A DNA stretch of 64,000 nt from NCBI RefSeq assembly GCF_963921235.1, contig NC_086097.1, forward strand, positions 122,266,001-122,330,000, in the 5' to 3' direction. This document shows, piece by piece, positions 49,736-62,904 of the stretch. The translations under genes were made by a program, and so were the position numbers. The stretch's first letter is position 1; each line of letters begins with the position of its first letter. The notes under the pieces were generated by a model. That model did no database searches and was not told where the DNA came from. It saw only the letters and a list, made by a program, of their open reading frames with translations. The DNA is from Mobula hypostoma (taxonomy: Eukaryota).

Positions 49736-49836
49736 AGAACAACCATTTGGATAAGTTTGGATAAGTACATGGATAGGAGGGGTATGGAAGGCTATGGTCC
49801 AGGTCCAGGTCAATGATACTAGGCAAAATCACAGTT

Positions 49837-50560
49837 AGAACATAGAATAGTACAGCACAGTACAGGCCCTTCAGCCCACATTGTTGTGCCGACCCTCAAA
49901 CCCTGCCTCCCATATAACCCCCCAACTTAAATTCCTCCATATACCTGTCTAGTAGTCTCTTAAATTTCACTAGTGTATCTGCCTCCACCACTGACTCAGT
50001 GTATTCCACGCACCAACCACTCTCTGAGTCAAAAACCTTCCTCTAATATCCTCCTTGACCTTCCCACCCCTTACCTTAAAGCTATGTCCCCTTGTATTGA
50101 GCAGTGGTGCCCTGGGGAAGTGGCGCTGGCTATCCACTCTATCTATTCCTCTTATGATCTTGTATACCTCTATCATGTCTCCTCTCATCCTCTTTCTCTC
50201 CAAGGAGTAAAGCTCTAGCTCCCTTAATCTCTGATCATAATCCATACTCTCTAAACCAGGCAGCATCCTGGTAAATCTCCTCTGTACCCTTTCCAATGCT
50301 TCCACATCCTTCCTATAGTGAGGTGACCAGAACTGGACACAGTACTCCAAGTGTGGCCGAACCAGAGTTTTATAGAGCTGCATCATTACCTCGTGACTCT
50401 TAAACTCTATCCCTCGACTTATGAAAGCTAACACCCCATAAGCTTTCTTAACTATCCTATCTACCAGTGAGACAACTTTCAGGAATCTGTGGATATGTAC
50501 CCCCAGATACCTCTGCTCCAACACACTACCAAGTATCCTGCCATTTACTTTGCACTCTGC
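49837..50560 (-). mobile_element. Young CR1 3' fragment with a 184-codon open stretch
   Basis: LGVHIH..LYKTLVRPHLEYCVQFWSPHYRKDVEALERVQRRFTRMLPGL..RGDMIEVYKI. Confidence 0.92.
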
Positions 50561-51219
50561 CTCAGGTATGGGCTAGATTGGCCAAAAGGCCTGTTTTTGT
50601 ATTGTAGTGTTTAAGTATTCTATGACTCCATGAAGTAGTTCAGGATCTGCAGAAAAACACTATCAAATGAGACTGTGAGGGTCGTAGCTCTCAAGCAACC
50701 TGCCCTCCAAAAGAGCAACGTAGGTATCCTTCCCCCATGGTGATGATTTGTGACCTACCCATTGCAACAAAATTAGTTCCCTTGTAAATAGTCAACCAAT
50801 CAAAACTGTTGCAATGAGGTACGGCTCAAAGCCAGGATTTACTGGCAGGGCTACTTGAACCCAACGTCACCTACATTCTCCTCCACTGAAGCGCCGCAGC
50901 TAAATACCCGTTGTGCGGCAACCACAGAAAGGATACTGGAAATACTGGTAATGAACAATACGCAAAAGCAAAGGCACATGTGGTGCGGGAATTTGGGGAA
51001 AGCGATGAGCAGCTGCAGTGCTGAAGGATAATTAGTGTTACTTTTCATAAGTATGTATAAATCTGGTTTGGAACGATGGCTGGAGCCCTCCCTACCACTG
51101 AGCACATCTACAAGGAGTGCTGTCAAAAGAAAGCAGCATCCATCATCAAGGACCCCCACCCTCAGGCCATGCTTTCTCCTCACTATTACCAAGGGCCAGG
51201 AGATATAAGAGCCTTAGGT

Positions 51220-51963
51220 CAGGGGTCCCCAACTTTTCTTGCACCGCAGACCGGTTTAATATTGACAATATTCTTGCGCACTGGCCGACTGGGGGGTAGG
51301 GGGTGTTAATCACAACCGGAACATAGGTAATAAGTCAACTTTAAGTCACTTATAAGTGGCTTATACACTCAATTCCATTTCTAAAAGGGTTTATCTAACG
51401 AATTTAATATTAAACACACAGCACATATTTTCCTCATATGAACATATAAAATCATTGCAACACACCAATATCGCTGAATCAGTGGGAGCCCTGGGCTTGT
51501 TTCCCTGTAACAAGAGGATGCCATCAAGGGGTGATGGGAGACAGTGATACTCGAAGGGGGTTCCTTATGTCCAGTCTATTCCGCAATTTAGTTTTTATTG
51601 CATTCATTGCAGAACACCCCGCTTCGCAGAGATATGATGTTGGAAATGGAAGCAACATTTTCAGTGCTTTCGTGGCTACCTCAGGATATTCAGCCTTGAC
51701 TTTGATCCAGAATGCCAGCAGAGATGTTATGTCAAACATACTTTTCAGCCCGCCGTCATTTGCAAGCTTGAGGAGTTGATCTTCCCGCACTGACATGGAT
51801 GACGCGTATGTAATGACCTCGCGTGCGTTCAAGTTTCAACAGTGGGCATGACAGGGAATGAGGAAAGGTGCATCTGACTCATATCGTTTCATATCACCAA
51901 ATCATATTGTTTCCTCGTGGCCTGGTAGCACATGTTTTGTGGCCCGGAGGTTGGGGACCACTG
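51220..51963 (-). mobile_element. Charlie-type hAT non-autonomous element carrying a transposase C-terminal (dimerisation) remnant
   Basis: TIRs CAGGGGTCCCCAAC / GTTGGGGACCACTG; exact 8-bp TSD CCTTAGGT; FWIKVKAEYPEVATKALKMLLPFPTSYLCEAGCSAM..KTKLRNRLD; host is a Rex1 3' end. Confidence 0.95.
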
Positions 51964-53919
51964 CCTTAGGTCCCACAATACCAGTTTCAGTAACTGTTAC
52001 TACTCTACAACCATCAGGCTCCTGAAACATCGTGGATAACTTCACTCACCTCAACACTGGCCTGATTCCACAACCTATGGACTCACTTTAAATTACTCTA
52101 CAACTCATATTACCGGTATTTTTTTATTATTTGCACAATTGTCCTCGTTTACAGATTGGATGTTTGCCAGTGTTTGTTTTGTATAGTTTTTCATAAATTC
52201 TATTGTATTTCTTTATTTACCCTGTAAATGCCTGCAAGAATCTCGAGGTAGTATATGGCATTTAGATCATAAATTTACTTTGAACAGTGAGTTTTAAAGT
52301 TTTCTCTGTGCGGTCAGTCAGATATTGTGATGGTCTGTGACAGAGCAACAGTAAGTAAGTGACTCCCGTGGATCTTGGATGAATGTTTACCCATACCCCG
52401 CCTACACTTTTTTTTGGTAAGGGCCAGGCCCACAAGACTCTGGGATGATGGAGAACATAAGTATTCCTGAGACCAACTATCCTGAGCATTGACAGGCTTC
52501 TCTAGTGCAGAATCACTGACAGAACCACTGTCAGACCAGCAGAGGTGATCAATTCAATGAAGCAGCAGCTGACAACATGGCAGTCTTTGTCGGTTTGCCC
52601 TCATGAGTCTCAAGTTCATTGGATGGCCCTTCCTCAAGATGGAAAGCAGGAGGCTGACTGTTGACAGGGATGGCGGTCAAATAAAGAGGGGGGAAAACTG
52701 TGCTAAAATAACACCAGGTATGATCAAGCCCTTTTTTTTCCCCTGGAAAGGACTTGTAGGCTGGCCACGTGGCAGATGTTGAAGCTAAAGTCCACATGGC
52801 ATGACCCTGAGGAAGTACACCAGCTCTCAACTAGAAAGTGAAAGGAAAGCATCTGCTGATGCTTTGAACCCAACATTTAAAAAACTGAACATGCTGGAAA
52901 TACTCGGCAGTTCAGACAGCATCTGTGGAGAGAGGAGAAGAATTAGAGTTCCAAGTCAGTTCCTCTCCGTTTCCCACCCCATACGCAGCAACCTATTTAA
53001 AATCGATAACTGTACATCTCCTGGTAAATTGGTAGCAGGATTAGAATCAGGTTTATTATCACTGACATACAGTATGTCGTGAAATTTGTTTTGCAGCTGC
53101 TGAGTGTGTGTCTTCAGGCTCCTGTGCCTCCTCCCTGATGGTAGTAACGAGAAGCGGGCACGTGTTGTCCTTATTGATGGTGCCATCTTTTTAAGGCATT
53201 GCCTTTTGAAGCTTCTTGATTAATACAGAGGAGATGATGGTGCTGAACAGTGAGCTGTTACCAATAAACAGCAGCCTGGCATAGGTATTAGTGTTATGCA
53301 GGTGGTACAAGGCCAAGTGGAGAGCCAGTGAGATTACAGTGAAATTAGTACCCACTGCACCTAAACAATGTATGCTTATGCAGTCAAATGTTGCGACTAC
53401 AATATTCAACCTGCACGACAAGCAGCTACTGTGTGAGGAGCTGAGGGCTGGCTGTGGAGTAATATTTCAGAGGAAATATATCCCTTCAACACACAAGGGT
53501 AGATTCATTGGACAAAGAGATAGGTTAGATCTGCATATGTTGAATCAATAACTCATTCAAATATTTACGTTCATAGTTACCTCCAACAGATACATAAAGT
53601 AGATATTACCTATTTACTAAAAACAATAATGGAAAAAATAGTATCAGTTTCCATACACATAAGTTGTATTTGGTCACTAAGTTATTAAACATTCCCTACG
53701 TTTCCAAGATCCCCTAGTATATACTCTTCTTCCTGTTCAAGGAGAGGAGATGAGTCCAACTGTGGTAGCTACAAAGGGATGTCCCAGTTGTCTGACACAG
53801 GGAAAGTCATTATTAGTGTCTTCGTCAGTATAAGAGCAGCCTCCTGAGTCTCACTGCAGGCTCCATCCATTTCGAAGCACAGTGGACATGATCGCCCCCA
53901 TATAACAACTTGCAGACAC

Positions 53920-56370
53920 AATCGCTAAGCAGTAAAAATCACGGTATATAGTTGTTATTGACCTCGCTGAAGCCTTTGATTCTTATCAAATGTGCAGCAT
54001 TTTCCTTTAATTGGGATGTCTACTGAAACGTGCTTTTATCTTTCCACGGCTGGCACAACATTGTGGGCTGCAGGGTTTATGATGCTGTATGTTCTACCTT
54101 ACATTTCCAGGCTATAATCTTAATCAATAGGTCTACAATCAATCAGAATCAAAATCAAGTTTATTATCACTGACATATGACATCAAATTTGTTGTTTGTG
54201 ACAGCAGTACAGTGCACATTAAAAAAAACTTTATGTTACAATAAGAAATATTAAGATTACAGTAAGTCAATCAAAAAGAGAAAATTATGAGGCAGCATTC
54301 ATGGATTCATGGAACAAACTCAGTGAAGGGTGGTGTCAGACAAGATGATGTCATCTTTTCAATCGTTCTTGCTGCATTGCTGTTTTTCACCTCAAACAGG
54401 CAAAGCTAATCATTAAGTCGGAGAGAGATACAGCAGCGAAACAGGACCTTCAGCTCATTGAGACTGCATCTACCACCAGTAACCTATTTACTCTCATCCT
54501 AAATTAGTTCCACATTCTCATCGACTCCTCCGGATTCCAGCACTCAGATTCACAAAAAAGAGCAACTTATAGTGCCTGTCAGTCTGAATGTCATTGGAAG
54601 GTGGGAGAAAACCACAGCCAATGGAGGAAAGCCAGCCAGTCACGGGAAGAATGTGCAAACTCCACACAAAGAGTGCCTGAGGTCAGGATTTAACCCAGGT
54701 CTCTGGCACTGCAAGGCAGCAGGTCAAGTAGCTTCATCCACTGTGCTAATCAAATGGAACCACTTAAGCCATGGCATCTCCACACCAGAACCGAGGTTCC
54801 CTGAACCTCAGTGGTTGAACAGCAATATGCAGATGATAGTTGCACTTGGAAGCCACACCCTAAGCCATTGCCGACTTCTTCTCCAAACCACAAACATAGT
54901 CTTTACACTCTACATCCTCAAGATATGTCTGCTATCAATATACCCCTACTGAAAGCACTGCCCTACAATAAAAGCTCAGCTCAAGAGGAGTATTACCAGG
55001 AAGTAAACAAGCTGGCATCCTGCTGCAATCACAACTACTTGGAGCTGAATTCCTTCAAAGCCATGGAGGTGCATATTGACTTCAAGGGAAATGTGTCTCC
55101 CCTCCACCTACCTCATCATTAACACCTCTACAGTTAGCAGCGTTTCAACATTCAGGTTGTTGGGCATCTTATTTTCACAGGAGCTCATGTGGGAGAACTA
55201 TCTCTCCTTCATTAACAAAAAGACTCGACAGAGAATGTACTTCTTGCGGTAGTTGGTAAATTTCCATCTTCCCCAAAACATATTAGTGCAATTCTACAGT
55301 GCCATCATCAGAACATCCTCACATCAGACATTAATGTCTGGTTTGGTGCAACACCCTCTCACAATATACGGAAACTACAGCGAACTCTCAGGTCAGTAGA
55401 AAAGGTCATTATCTGCAGTCTACCATCACTACAGGATTTGTGTGTGTTCAGGACAGAAGAAGGGCAGGAAAAAATCGATAGCGGACACTACCCACCCAAC
55501 AAACTGCTTCTTCTAAAAGCTCCCTTCTGGAATGTTCTGTAGGGCTATTAAAACAAAAAACTCATGCCATCTTAAAAGTTTCTTCTCGCAGACAGTTAAT
55601 CTGACGAACTATTCAATTTAGCCCACGCTCTTCTTTCTAACTCCTCAGTCACTGCACTGCAAACACTTTTTATAAGGCTGTTTATCTCATAAAAACATGT
55701 TGCTATATATGTATTTAATCATATTTTATTCCATATATGTACTTTAGCCTATAACTTTTTATATAAACCTTCATTATTGTTTTTTGTTGCATGTCATACT
55801 AACACAACACAGCAAATGCCTAACACATGTAAATATAAATGGTGAATAAATTTGATTTTTGTTCCTTGATCATAAAAATTTAGTGCAATTGGAAGCCATC
55901 TTTTGGTGAAGGAAAACGTTGATGGATTTACCATTGCCTTAAATGCATGAACTGCCTTCGGTTAAAGAGCTCAAATGGTCATGGCCTGGAACACAAATTC
56001 GTGGTTTACAGGAAAACAGTGATCACTGTCCTTTCTTGATATCTAGATACCTCAAGGCAAGGGAAAGATACCACCAATATTGTATCTATAAATTCTAGAT
56101 CCATGGGAATAATAAGTAAACTAATGTTAAAATCCTCTGCCATGTTAACACCTTCACAGTGAGGCCTTAATTACACATCGTCAGCTCCATCTGTCAGGTC
56201 ATATCTTTCTCAAGCCCAACATCGGACTCCTGAAACAATCTCTTTGTCATGGAAGGGCGTCAACATGAGAAAAGATTCAAAGCCCCTTTGAAAAAAACAA
56301 AATGCACTATACCCAAAGACTACTTGAACTGCAACCGCTCAGAGGAGAATCGTTCAGGATGGCGTTGAGT
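53920..56370 (+). mobile_element. Scattered, highly decayed RTE-like LINE remnants interrupted by SINE and Rex1 insertions
   Basis: VIDLAEAFDS (~53950), VKGGVRQDDVI (~54325), KRFK-like 3' piece (~56270); weak. Confidence 0.35.
54880..55865 (+). mobile_element. Rex1/Babar LINE fragment (older subfamily)
   Basis: YYQEVNKLASCCNHNYLELNSFKAMEVHIDF, downstream KLPSG-like motif, AATAAA followed by a short tail. Confidence 0.7.
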
Positions 56371-56874
56371 GCTTCCTGCCCATGCGCAGGGAGGACATAG
56401 AAGGGTTGCATAGATGACACAAACTACCCTCCCACATTTCTCAAGCAAGTCTTACACCTTACCTATTTTTAAATTATTTTATTTAGAGATACTGCACCGT
56501 AACAGGCCCATCCAGCCCAACAGAACTCGTGTCATCAAATTACGACCATGAGATCAATTAAGCTACGTCTGTGGAATGGGTGACGTAACAGGAACACCCG
56601 GAGGAAATCCACATGGTCACAGGCAGATCATGTATACTCCTTACGGAAAGCAGTAGAATTGAACTCGTGTCACTGGCACTGTAATAACATTCTACTAATC
56701 ACAACACTACCATGCTGTCCACACGTAGAAAAGGATGTGGCCTCACTGGTTCTGTAGGTTCTGAGGTGATTAGAATACAAGCAAATCATCCTCCATTCTG
56801 AAGGAAGAAACATCACCACAAATATAGCTGATGTTACGGTAAAGGATTGTCACAAACAATTGATTGAACCCAAG

Positions 56875-57325
56875 GAAAGAAACACAGATGCTGGAAATCC
56901 AAGCAACACGCACAAAATGCTGGAGGAACTCAGCAGGCCAGGCAGCATCTATGGAAAAAGTACACTCAATGTTTTGGGCCGAAACCCTTTGGCAAGACTG
57001 GAGAAAAAAGCTGAAGTGTAGATTTAAAAGGTGGGGGGAGGGGAGAGAGAACCACCAGGTGATAGGTAAACCTGGAGGAGGAATGGAGTAGGGAGCTGGG
57101 AAGTTGATTGGTGAGATGAGGCAAGAGAGGAAAAAGGGGATGGGAAATGGAGAGGGGGGGGAGTTGGGGGGCATTATCGGATGTTTGAGAAATCGATGTT
57201 CATGCCATCAGGTTGCAGGCTACCCAAACGGAATATAAGGTGTTGTTCCTCCAGCCTAAGTGTGGCCTCCTGATGACAGTAGAGGAGGCCATGGATGGAC
57301 ATAGTGGAATGGGAATGGGTGGCCA
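56875..57325 (-). mobile_element. Penelope-like 3' fragment
   Basis: MSIHGLLYCHQEATLRLEEQHLIFRLGSLQPDGMNIDFSN followed by a pLTR with a decayed hammerhead. Confidence 0.85.
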
Positions 57326-59299
57326 TGAGAGAATATGTTTTAAGTCTTTGAAAAGGAGGCTGCTCAAAACTTCCCATTTTGCAAGCTAACTTTTCCAAAT
57401 TAAGAAAAATTTTCCAAAGGTTAGCAGCTCTGAAGCATTGAATACAGTCACAGAACACTATAACACAGAAACAGGCCCTTCAGCCCATCTAGTCCATGCC
57501 AAACTACTATTCTGCCTAGCTGCATTGAGCCACAACTGGACAAAAGCCCTCCATATCCTTTCAGTCCAGGTACTTATCCAAACTTCTCTTAAATGTTGAA
57601 ATCGAACCAGCATCTACCACTTCCACCGGCAGCTCGTTCCACACTCTCACCACCATCTAAGTAAAGAAGCTCCTCCCTAATGTTATCCTTAAACATTTCA
57701 CTTCACACTCGAACTCCAGGTGTGCCAACTGACTGGCCCATGTGCCTCCTAATTTATCCTCATTGAAAAATAGGACTGCTTTCAATTTTGATGAAAAGCT
57801 CATTACCATGAGTCTTCAAATAGTCGATCTTGGAGCAGAGCACATCTGTCACAGTGGAGCTTGCAATTGTGTCAAATGACAGTTAATTAGCATGAAACCA
57901 GTGCTGCATTGAGCTGCCAACATGGTGCGCAATTCTGCAGTGTTGCTTGTCTAGAAAATCATTTTGCATTAACCAGTAGCTGTATACTGCATGTTGAAGA
58001 CATCAATATATTGTTTAAGTACATTTACCAAGAATGAGAGATGATTTTTGTACAAATAATACCATCATGCTACCAGTATCAGCCTATGTCTGGGTGGCTA
58101 TCCTATGACCTCAACAATATTGATGAGGATTTCCAGCATCTGCAGAATCTCTGCTGTTTATTCCTCTCCACAGATGCTGCCTGCGCCACTGAGTTCCTCC
58201 AGCATTTTGTGCGTGTACTGTAGATTTCCAGCATGTGCAGAATCTATTGTGACACCAATATTACATGATCCAGGGTAAAAGTTCCGAAGCTTAGCCGGCA
58301 TAAAATGGGGAACTCAAAGTTCCACTCAAGTGTGTGCAGCTATTGTAAGACATGCAACAAGTTGACCTCTTGTGATACAGGATGCAGGGAGGTAGTCATG
58401 TTGCAAGAGGCAGGTAGCTGGGCCACTGTCAGGAGCGGGAAAGGGAATAAGCAGCCAGTTCAGAGCACTTCTGTGGACGTTTCACTCAATAATAAACACA
58501 CTGTTTGGGGCGGACGGACCACTGGGTGGAAGCCACAGTGACTGGATCTCTGACACTGTCTCTGGCTCTGTGGCTCAGAATATGGAAGTGGGGGAGAAGA
58601 GGAGTGCAGTTGTGATAGAAGGTTTCCTAGCTAAATGAGATTCTGAGGATGTGAAAGAGGCACCTGGCTGGTGTTTTGCCCTCAGGTGCCTGGGTCAGGG
58701 ATGTCTCGGATGAGGTCTACAGCACTCTAAAGGGGGGGGGGGTGTGAGCAGCCAGAAGCTGTGGTTACCAATTACATAGGAAGGAAAAGCAAAGAAGTCC
58801 TGAAAAGAGAATATAGGGAGTTAGGTAGAAAGCTAAAAAGTAGGACCTCCAGTGTAGTACTCTCTGAATTGTTGCCTGTGCCACGTGCCAGTGAGGGTAA
58901 GAATAGGGTTATTTGGCAGACGAACGCGTCACTGGGGAATTGGTGCAGGGGCCAGGGTTTCAGATTTCTGGATTATTTGAAATTTCTTCTGGGGAAGGTA
59001 TGACATGCACAAGAAGGATGGGTTACATTTCCACCCAAGTGGTGCCAATATCCTTGCTGGTAGATTTGCTAGAGCTGTTGGGGAGGGTTTAAGCTAAATT
59101 GACAAGGCAATGGAAACTGGAAAGATAGGGCTGAGGAATGGACAGATCATAGGCAAGTCGATGCAGCATGTAGTGAGATTGTGAGGAAGAACAGGTGGAT
59201 GATAGGGTAAAATTAAGTTGAAGTGTAACATTGGGGCAAAATCAAAAAGGGTGAGAACTGAAGGTGGAATATTTGAATGCACACCACTTATGGAATAAA

Positions 59300-59774
59300 A
59301 TGGCACCAGAGGGCAAATTTTCCCAGCTCATCAGCGAAACAGTTAATTTCTTCCTATTCCAAAGTCTCCATTTTCCTTTTCAGGGTGGCTGGGGTCCTAT
59401 CAAGATCTTTGATCTACAACAGCATTCAAAACTGCGGTTCTGCACAACAGCATGTTCCCATTCTTGGAGATCTCCAATCAGCCATGTTTCGGTATGTCCT
59501 GATTTGACCTGAAGTGGGGCGAATTTGGGGCCTGTGTGGCCCTGTGGGAACAAATTCTCACCGGTGTCGTGTACTAAAGCACAGTGGGAGCCAGAACATC
59601 GAAGGCCGCGAGAGCGGCTTTCAGAGGGTTCTGAACTCGGTAATGGATTTGCCGATTCTCGAGTCAGGGAACTCAGAATGAAAAAGCAACGCTTCAGAGT
59701 GACTGTAACATCAAAAGAATGACTCTTGTCTCCCCTGACGCTGTGGAAGAAACAATATCTGTCTCTCCCTTGTT

Positions 59775-59840
<66 letters not shown>

Positions 59841-60164
59841 CATCTGGGGGGATGTCAAAATGTTCGAGTGAAGAGTTAGTTTTTGATGCCCATGGTCCCT
59901 GTTTCGGGGCTTTGCCGTTGCTTGCATGGCGGGTGGTGGAAATGCTGATGCTTTCTGCTAGAATAATTTTGGGGGAGTGGGTGGGGGCAAGATTTATGCT
60001 GCTTGCATGTGGAAGGGGGGCTGGGGGCTTTGGGGTCCTTACATCTTTTTCCATCATTTGTTCTTTGGGGTTTTTTTCTGTTTCAAGAATGTCTGTGGAG
60101 AGTAACAATTTCTGGTTCTATATTGTATACATTCTCTGATATTACATAGAACCATTGAACTATT
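59300..60164 (+). mobile_element. Unclassified ~860-bp non-coding insertion (probable non-autonomous retroelement)
   Basis: Interrupts the CR1 ORF2 frame LNAHHLWNK|VDDLVVQLEI; flanked by TAAAA; short GAACCATTGAACTATT tail. Confidence 0.65.
59778..59836. repeat. (GA)n microsatellite
   Basis: Uninterrupted GA run of ~60 bp. Confidence 0.97.
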
Positions 60165-60263
60165 AAAAGTAGATGATCTTGTGGTGCAGTTAGAGATTTA
60201 TGGGTATGATATTGAGGGATTCACTGAGTCGTGGTTGAAAGAGCACCATAGTTGGGAGCTTAA

Positions 60264-60681
60264 CCCTTACATACTGTTTATATTCAATATCTTCACAGGA
60301 CGGTCCGGGTCAATTTTGACCCGGCCCAAGAATTCCTTCATAACAAACATCCATACCAAATTTTGAACCACAGATCTATTTAGAATGTATAAATAGCCTA
60401 TCTGACATTAATAAATGGGTGATTAATTGTTAATTAATGTTTCAGAGATTTAAAATCCATTTCAATAGATACGGGTCAAATTTGACCTGGAACAGCCTCA
60501 ATGTAAAAAAATTTGTAGCACCTGTACAAAAGTATAAAATTTTAAAATATTTTCATTTTTGCACATTTTGGGTCACTTTAGGAAAGTCACCAAATTTAGG
60601 CTAAAAAAGTGGCATTTAGGGTGTTTTTACTGCTGTCAAATGTCAAAACGGGTCAAATTTGACCCGAACAGTATGTAAGGG
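60264..60681. mobile_element. piggyBac-type MITE (418 bp)
   Basis: TTAA|CCCTTACATACTGTT ... AACAGTATGTAAGGG|TTAA; perfect 15-bp TIR. Confidence 0.95.
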
Positions 60682-61647
60682 TTAACATCCAAGCATACAC
60701 GCTGTATTGAAAGGACAGGCAAGTAGGCGGAGGGATTGGGGTGGCCCTATTGGCAAGAAAATGAGATCGAATCATTAGAAAGAGATGACATGGGATTGGT
60801 AGATGTTGAATCCTTGTGCGTAGAGTTAAGGAACTACAAGGGTAAAAAGACCCTGATGGGAGTTATATACAGGCCTCTGAATGGTAGCAAGTATGTGGGA
60901 TACAGCTACAATGGGAAATAGAAAATGTATGTTAAAAGGGAAATGTTATGATAGTCATGGGGGATTTCAATATCCAGATAATTTGGGAATGTACTGATGG
61001 TGCTGGATTCCAAGAGAGGGAATGCAGACAAGATGGCTTCTTAGGGAAGCTTGTGGTTGACCCCATTCGGGGAACAGTAATTCTGGGTGCTATGTAATGA
61101 CACAGATTTGATTGGGCAGCTTAAAGTAAAGGAACCCTAAGGAGACAATGAACATAATATGAATAGAATTCACTTTGCAGCTTGAGGAGAAGAAGCTAAC
61201 ATCAAATGTATCAGTATCACAGTGGAGTATAGGGAATTATAGAGGCATGAGAGAGCAGCTGGCCAAAGGTGACTGAAAGGGGACACTAGCAGGGATGATG
61301 GCAGAACAACAAAGGTTGTTGTTTCTGGAGGAAATTTGGAAGGTGCAGGAATGATACATATCAAGGATCAATAATTATTGTAAAGGGAGGATGACACAGC
61401 CGTGGCTGACAAGGGAGGTCAAAGACAGCATAAAATCAAAAGAGAGAGCATATAATATAGCAAAAAATAGTGGGAAGTTAGAGGATTTGGAAGCTTTTAA
61501 AAACAAACAAAAGGCAACTGAAAGAGTCATAAGGAGAGAAATATGAAGTTAAGCTAGCCAATAATATAAAAGAGGGTACTGACATTCTTTTCAGATGCAT
61601 GAAGAGTAGATATCAGGCTGTTGTAAAATAAAGCTGGAAAGGTAGCT

Positions 61648-61925
61648 GGGCACCATGGTAACCTGGCAGTTAGCACAATGCTATTACAACTTGAGACATC
61701 GGGAGTTTGGAGTTCAATACCAGTGTGTTCTGCATGGGAGGTATGGGTTTCCTCTGGATGCTCCTGCTTCCTCCCACATTCTAAAGATGTACCAGTTAGT
61801 AGGTTAATAGGTCATTGTAAATTGTCCTGTGATTAGTCTAGGGTTAAATTGGAGGTTGCTGGCAGCATAGGTCGAAGGGCTGGAAGGGCCTGTTCATGCT
61901 ATATCTCTCAATCGGTAAATAAAAT
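61648..61925 (+). mobile_element. tRNA-derived SINE inserted in CR1
   Basis: Same family as 16360-16650: GGAGTTCAATACC B-box, TTCCTCCCACATTCTAAAGATGTACCAGTTAGTAGG, AAATAAA tail. Confidence 0.8.
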
Positions 61926-62904
61926 AATAATGGGGCAAAAAGAAATGGTGGATAAACCTGATTAATATCTTTTGTTCGTCTTCACTGTGAAACGCACTAG
62001 CGCTATGCTAGAATTACGGGTGTGTCGGGGGCAGAAGCAAGTTTCGTTGCTATTACTAAGAAGGAGGTGTTTGGGAAGTTGAAAGGTCTGAAGGTAGTAA
62101 GTCACCTGAACCAGATGGACTACAGACAAGGGTTCTGAAAGAGGTGGCTGAGGAGATTGTGGAGGCATTAGTAATGATCTTTCAAGAATCACTACATTCT
62201 GAAGTGGTTCCGGAGGACTGGAAATTTGCAAATGTCATTCCACACTTTATGAAGGGAGGGATGCAGAAGAAAGGAAATTATAAACCAGTTAGCCTGACTT
62301 CTGTAGTTGGAAAAATATTAGAGTCCATTATTAAGGGATGATGTTCCAGGCTACTTGGAGGCACATGATAAAATAGGCCAAAGTCAGCATGGTTTTCTTA
62401 AGGGGAAAAACTCCCTGACAAATTTCTTGGGATTCTTTGAGGAAATAACAGGCAGAGGTGACAAAGAAGAGTCAGGGGACAATATTTACTTGGATTTTCA
62501 GGAGGCCTTTGACAAACTGCCACACATGGGGCTGCTTGACAAGGTTAGAACCCATGGTATTACAGTAAAGATGCTAGCATAGATAGAAAATTGGATGACT
62601 GGCAGGAGGCAAAGAGTGGATATAATAGGGGCCCTTTCTGGTTGGCTGCCGGTGACTAATGGTGTTCCGCAGAAGTTGGTGGTAGGGCCGCTTCTTTTCA
62701 TGTTATATCTAAATGATTTGCATAATGGACAATTAGAAGATAGGAGGGGTGGTGGCAGGTAGTGTTGAGGAAGCAGCGAGTCTGCAGGAGGACGTAGACA
62801 GATTAGGAGAATGGACAAAGAAGTGATGGATGGAATATAGTGTAGGAAACGAGACAGTCATGCACTTTGGGGAAGGAATAAAGGCACAGCCTATTTTCTA
62901 AATA

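Noticed and set aside
49970..50524. 184-aa ORF as a host gene
   Set aside because: It is the CR1 ORF2 C-terminus of a young 5'-truncated insertion
51524..51832. ZBED5/SCAND3-like host gene exon
   Set aside because: Lies within a TIR- and TSD-bounded Charlie element that has a second decayed copy at 47879
21672..57893. Recurrence of ATTAGCAT (21672, 27756, 40751, 57886) as a shared regulatory code
   Set aside because: A few hits of an AT-rich 8-mer are expected by chance in 64 kb, and the motif also occurs inside the hAT copies
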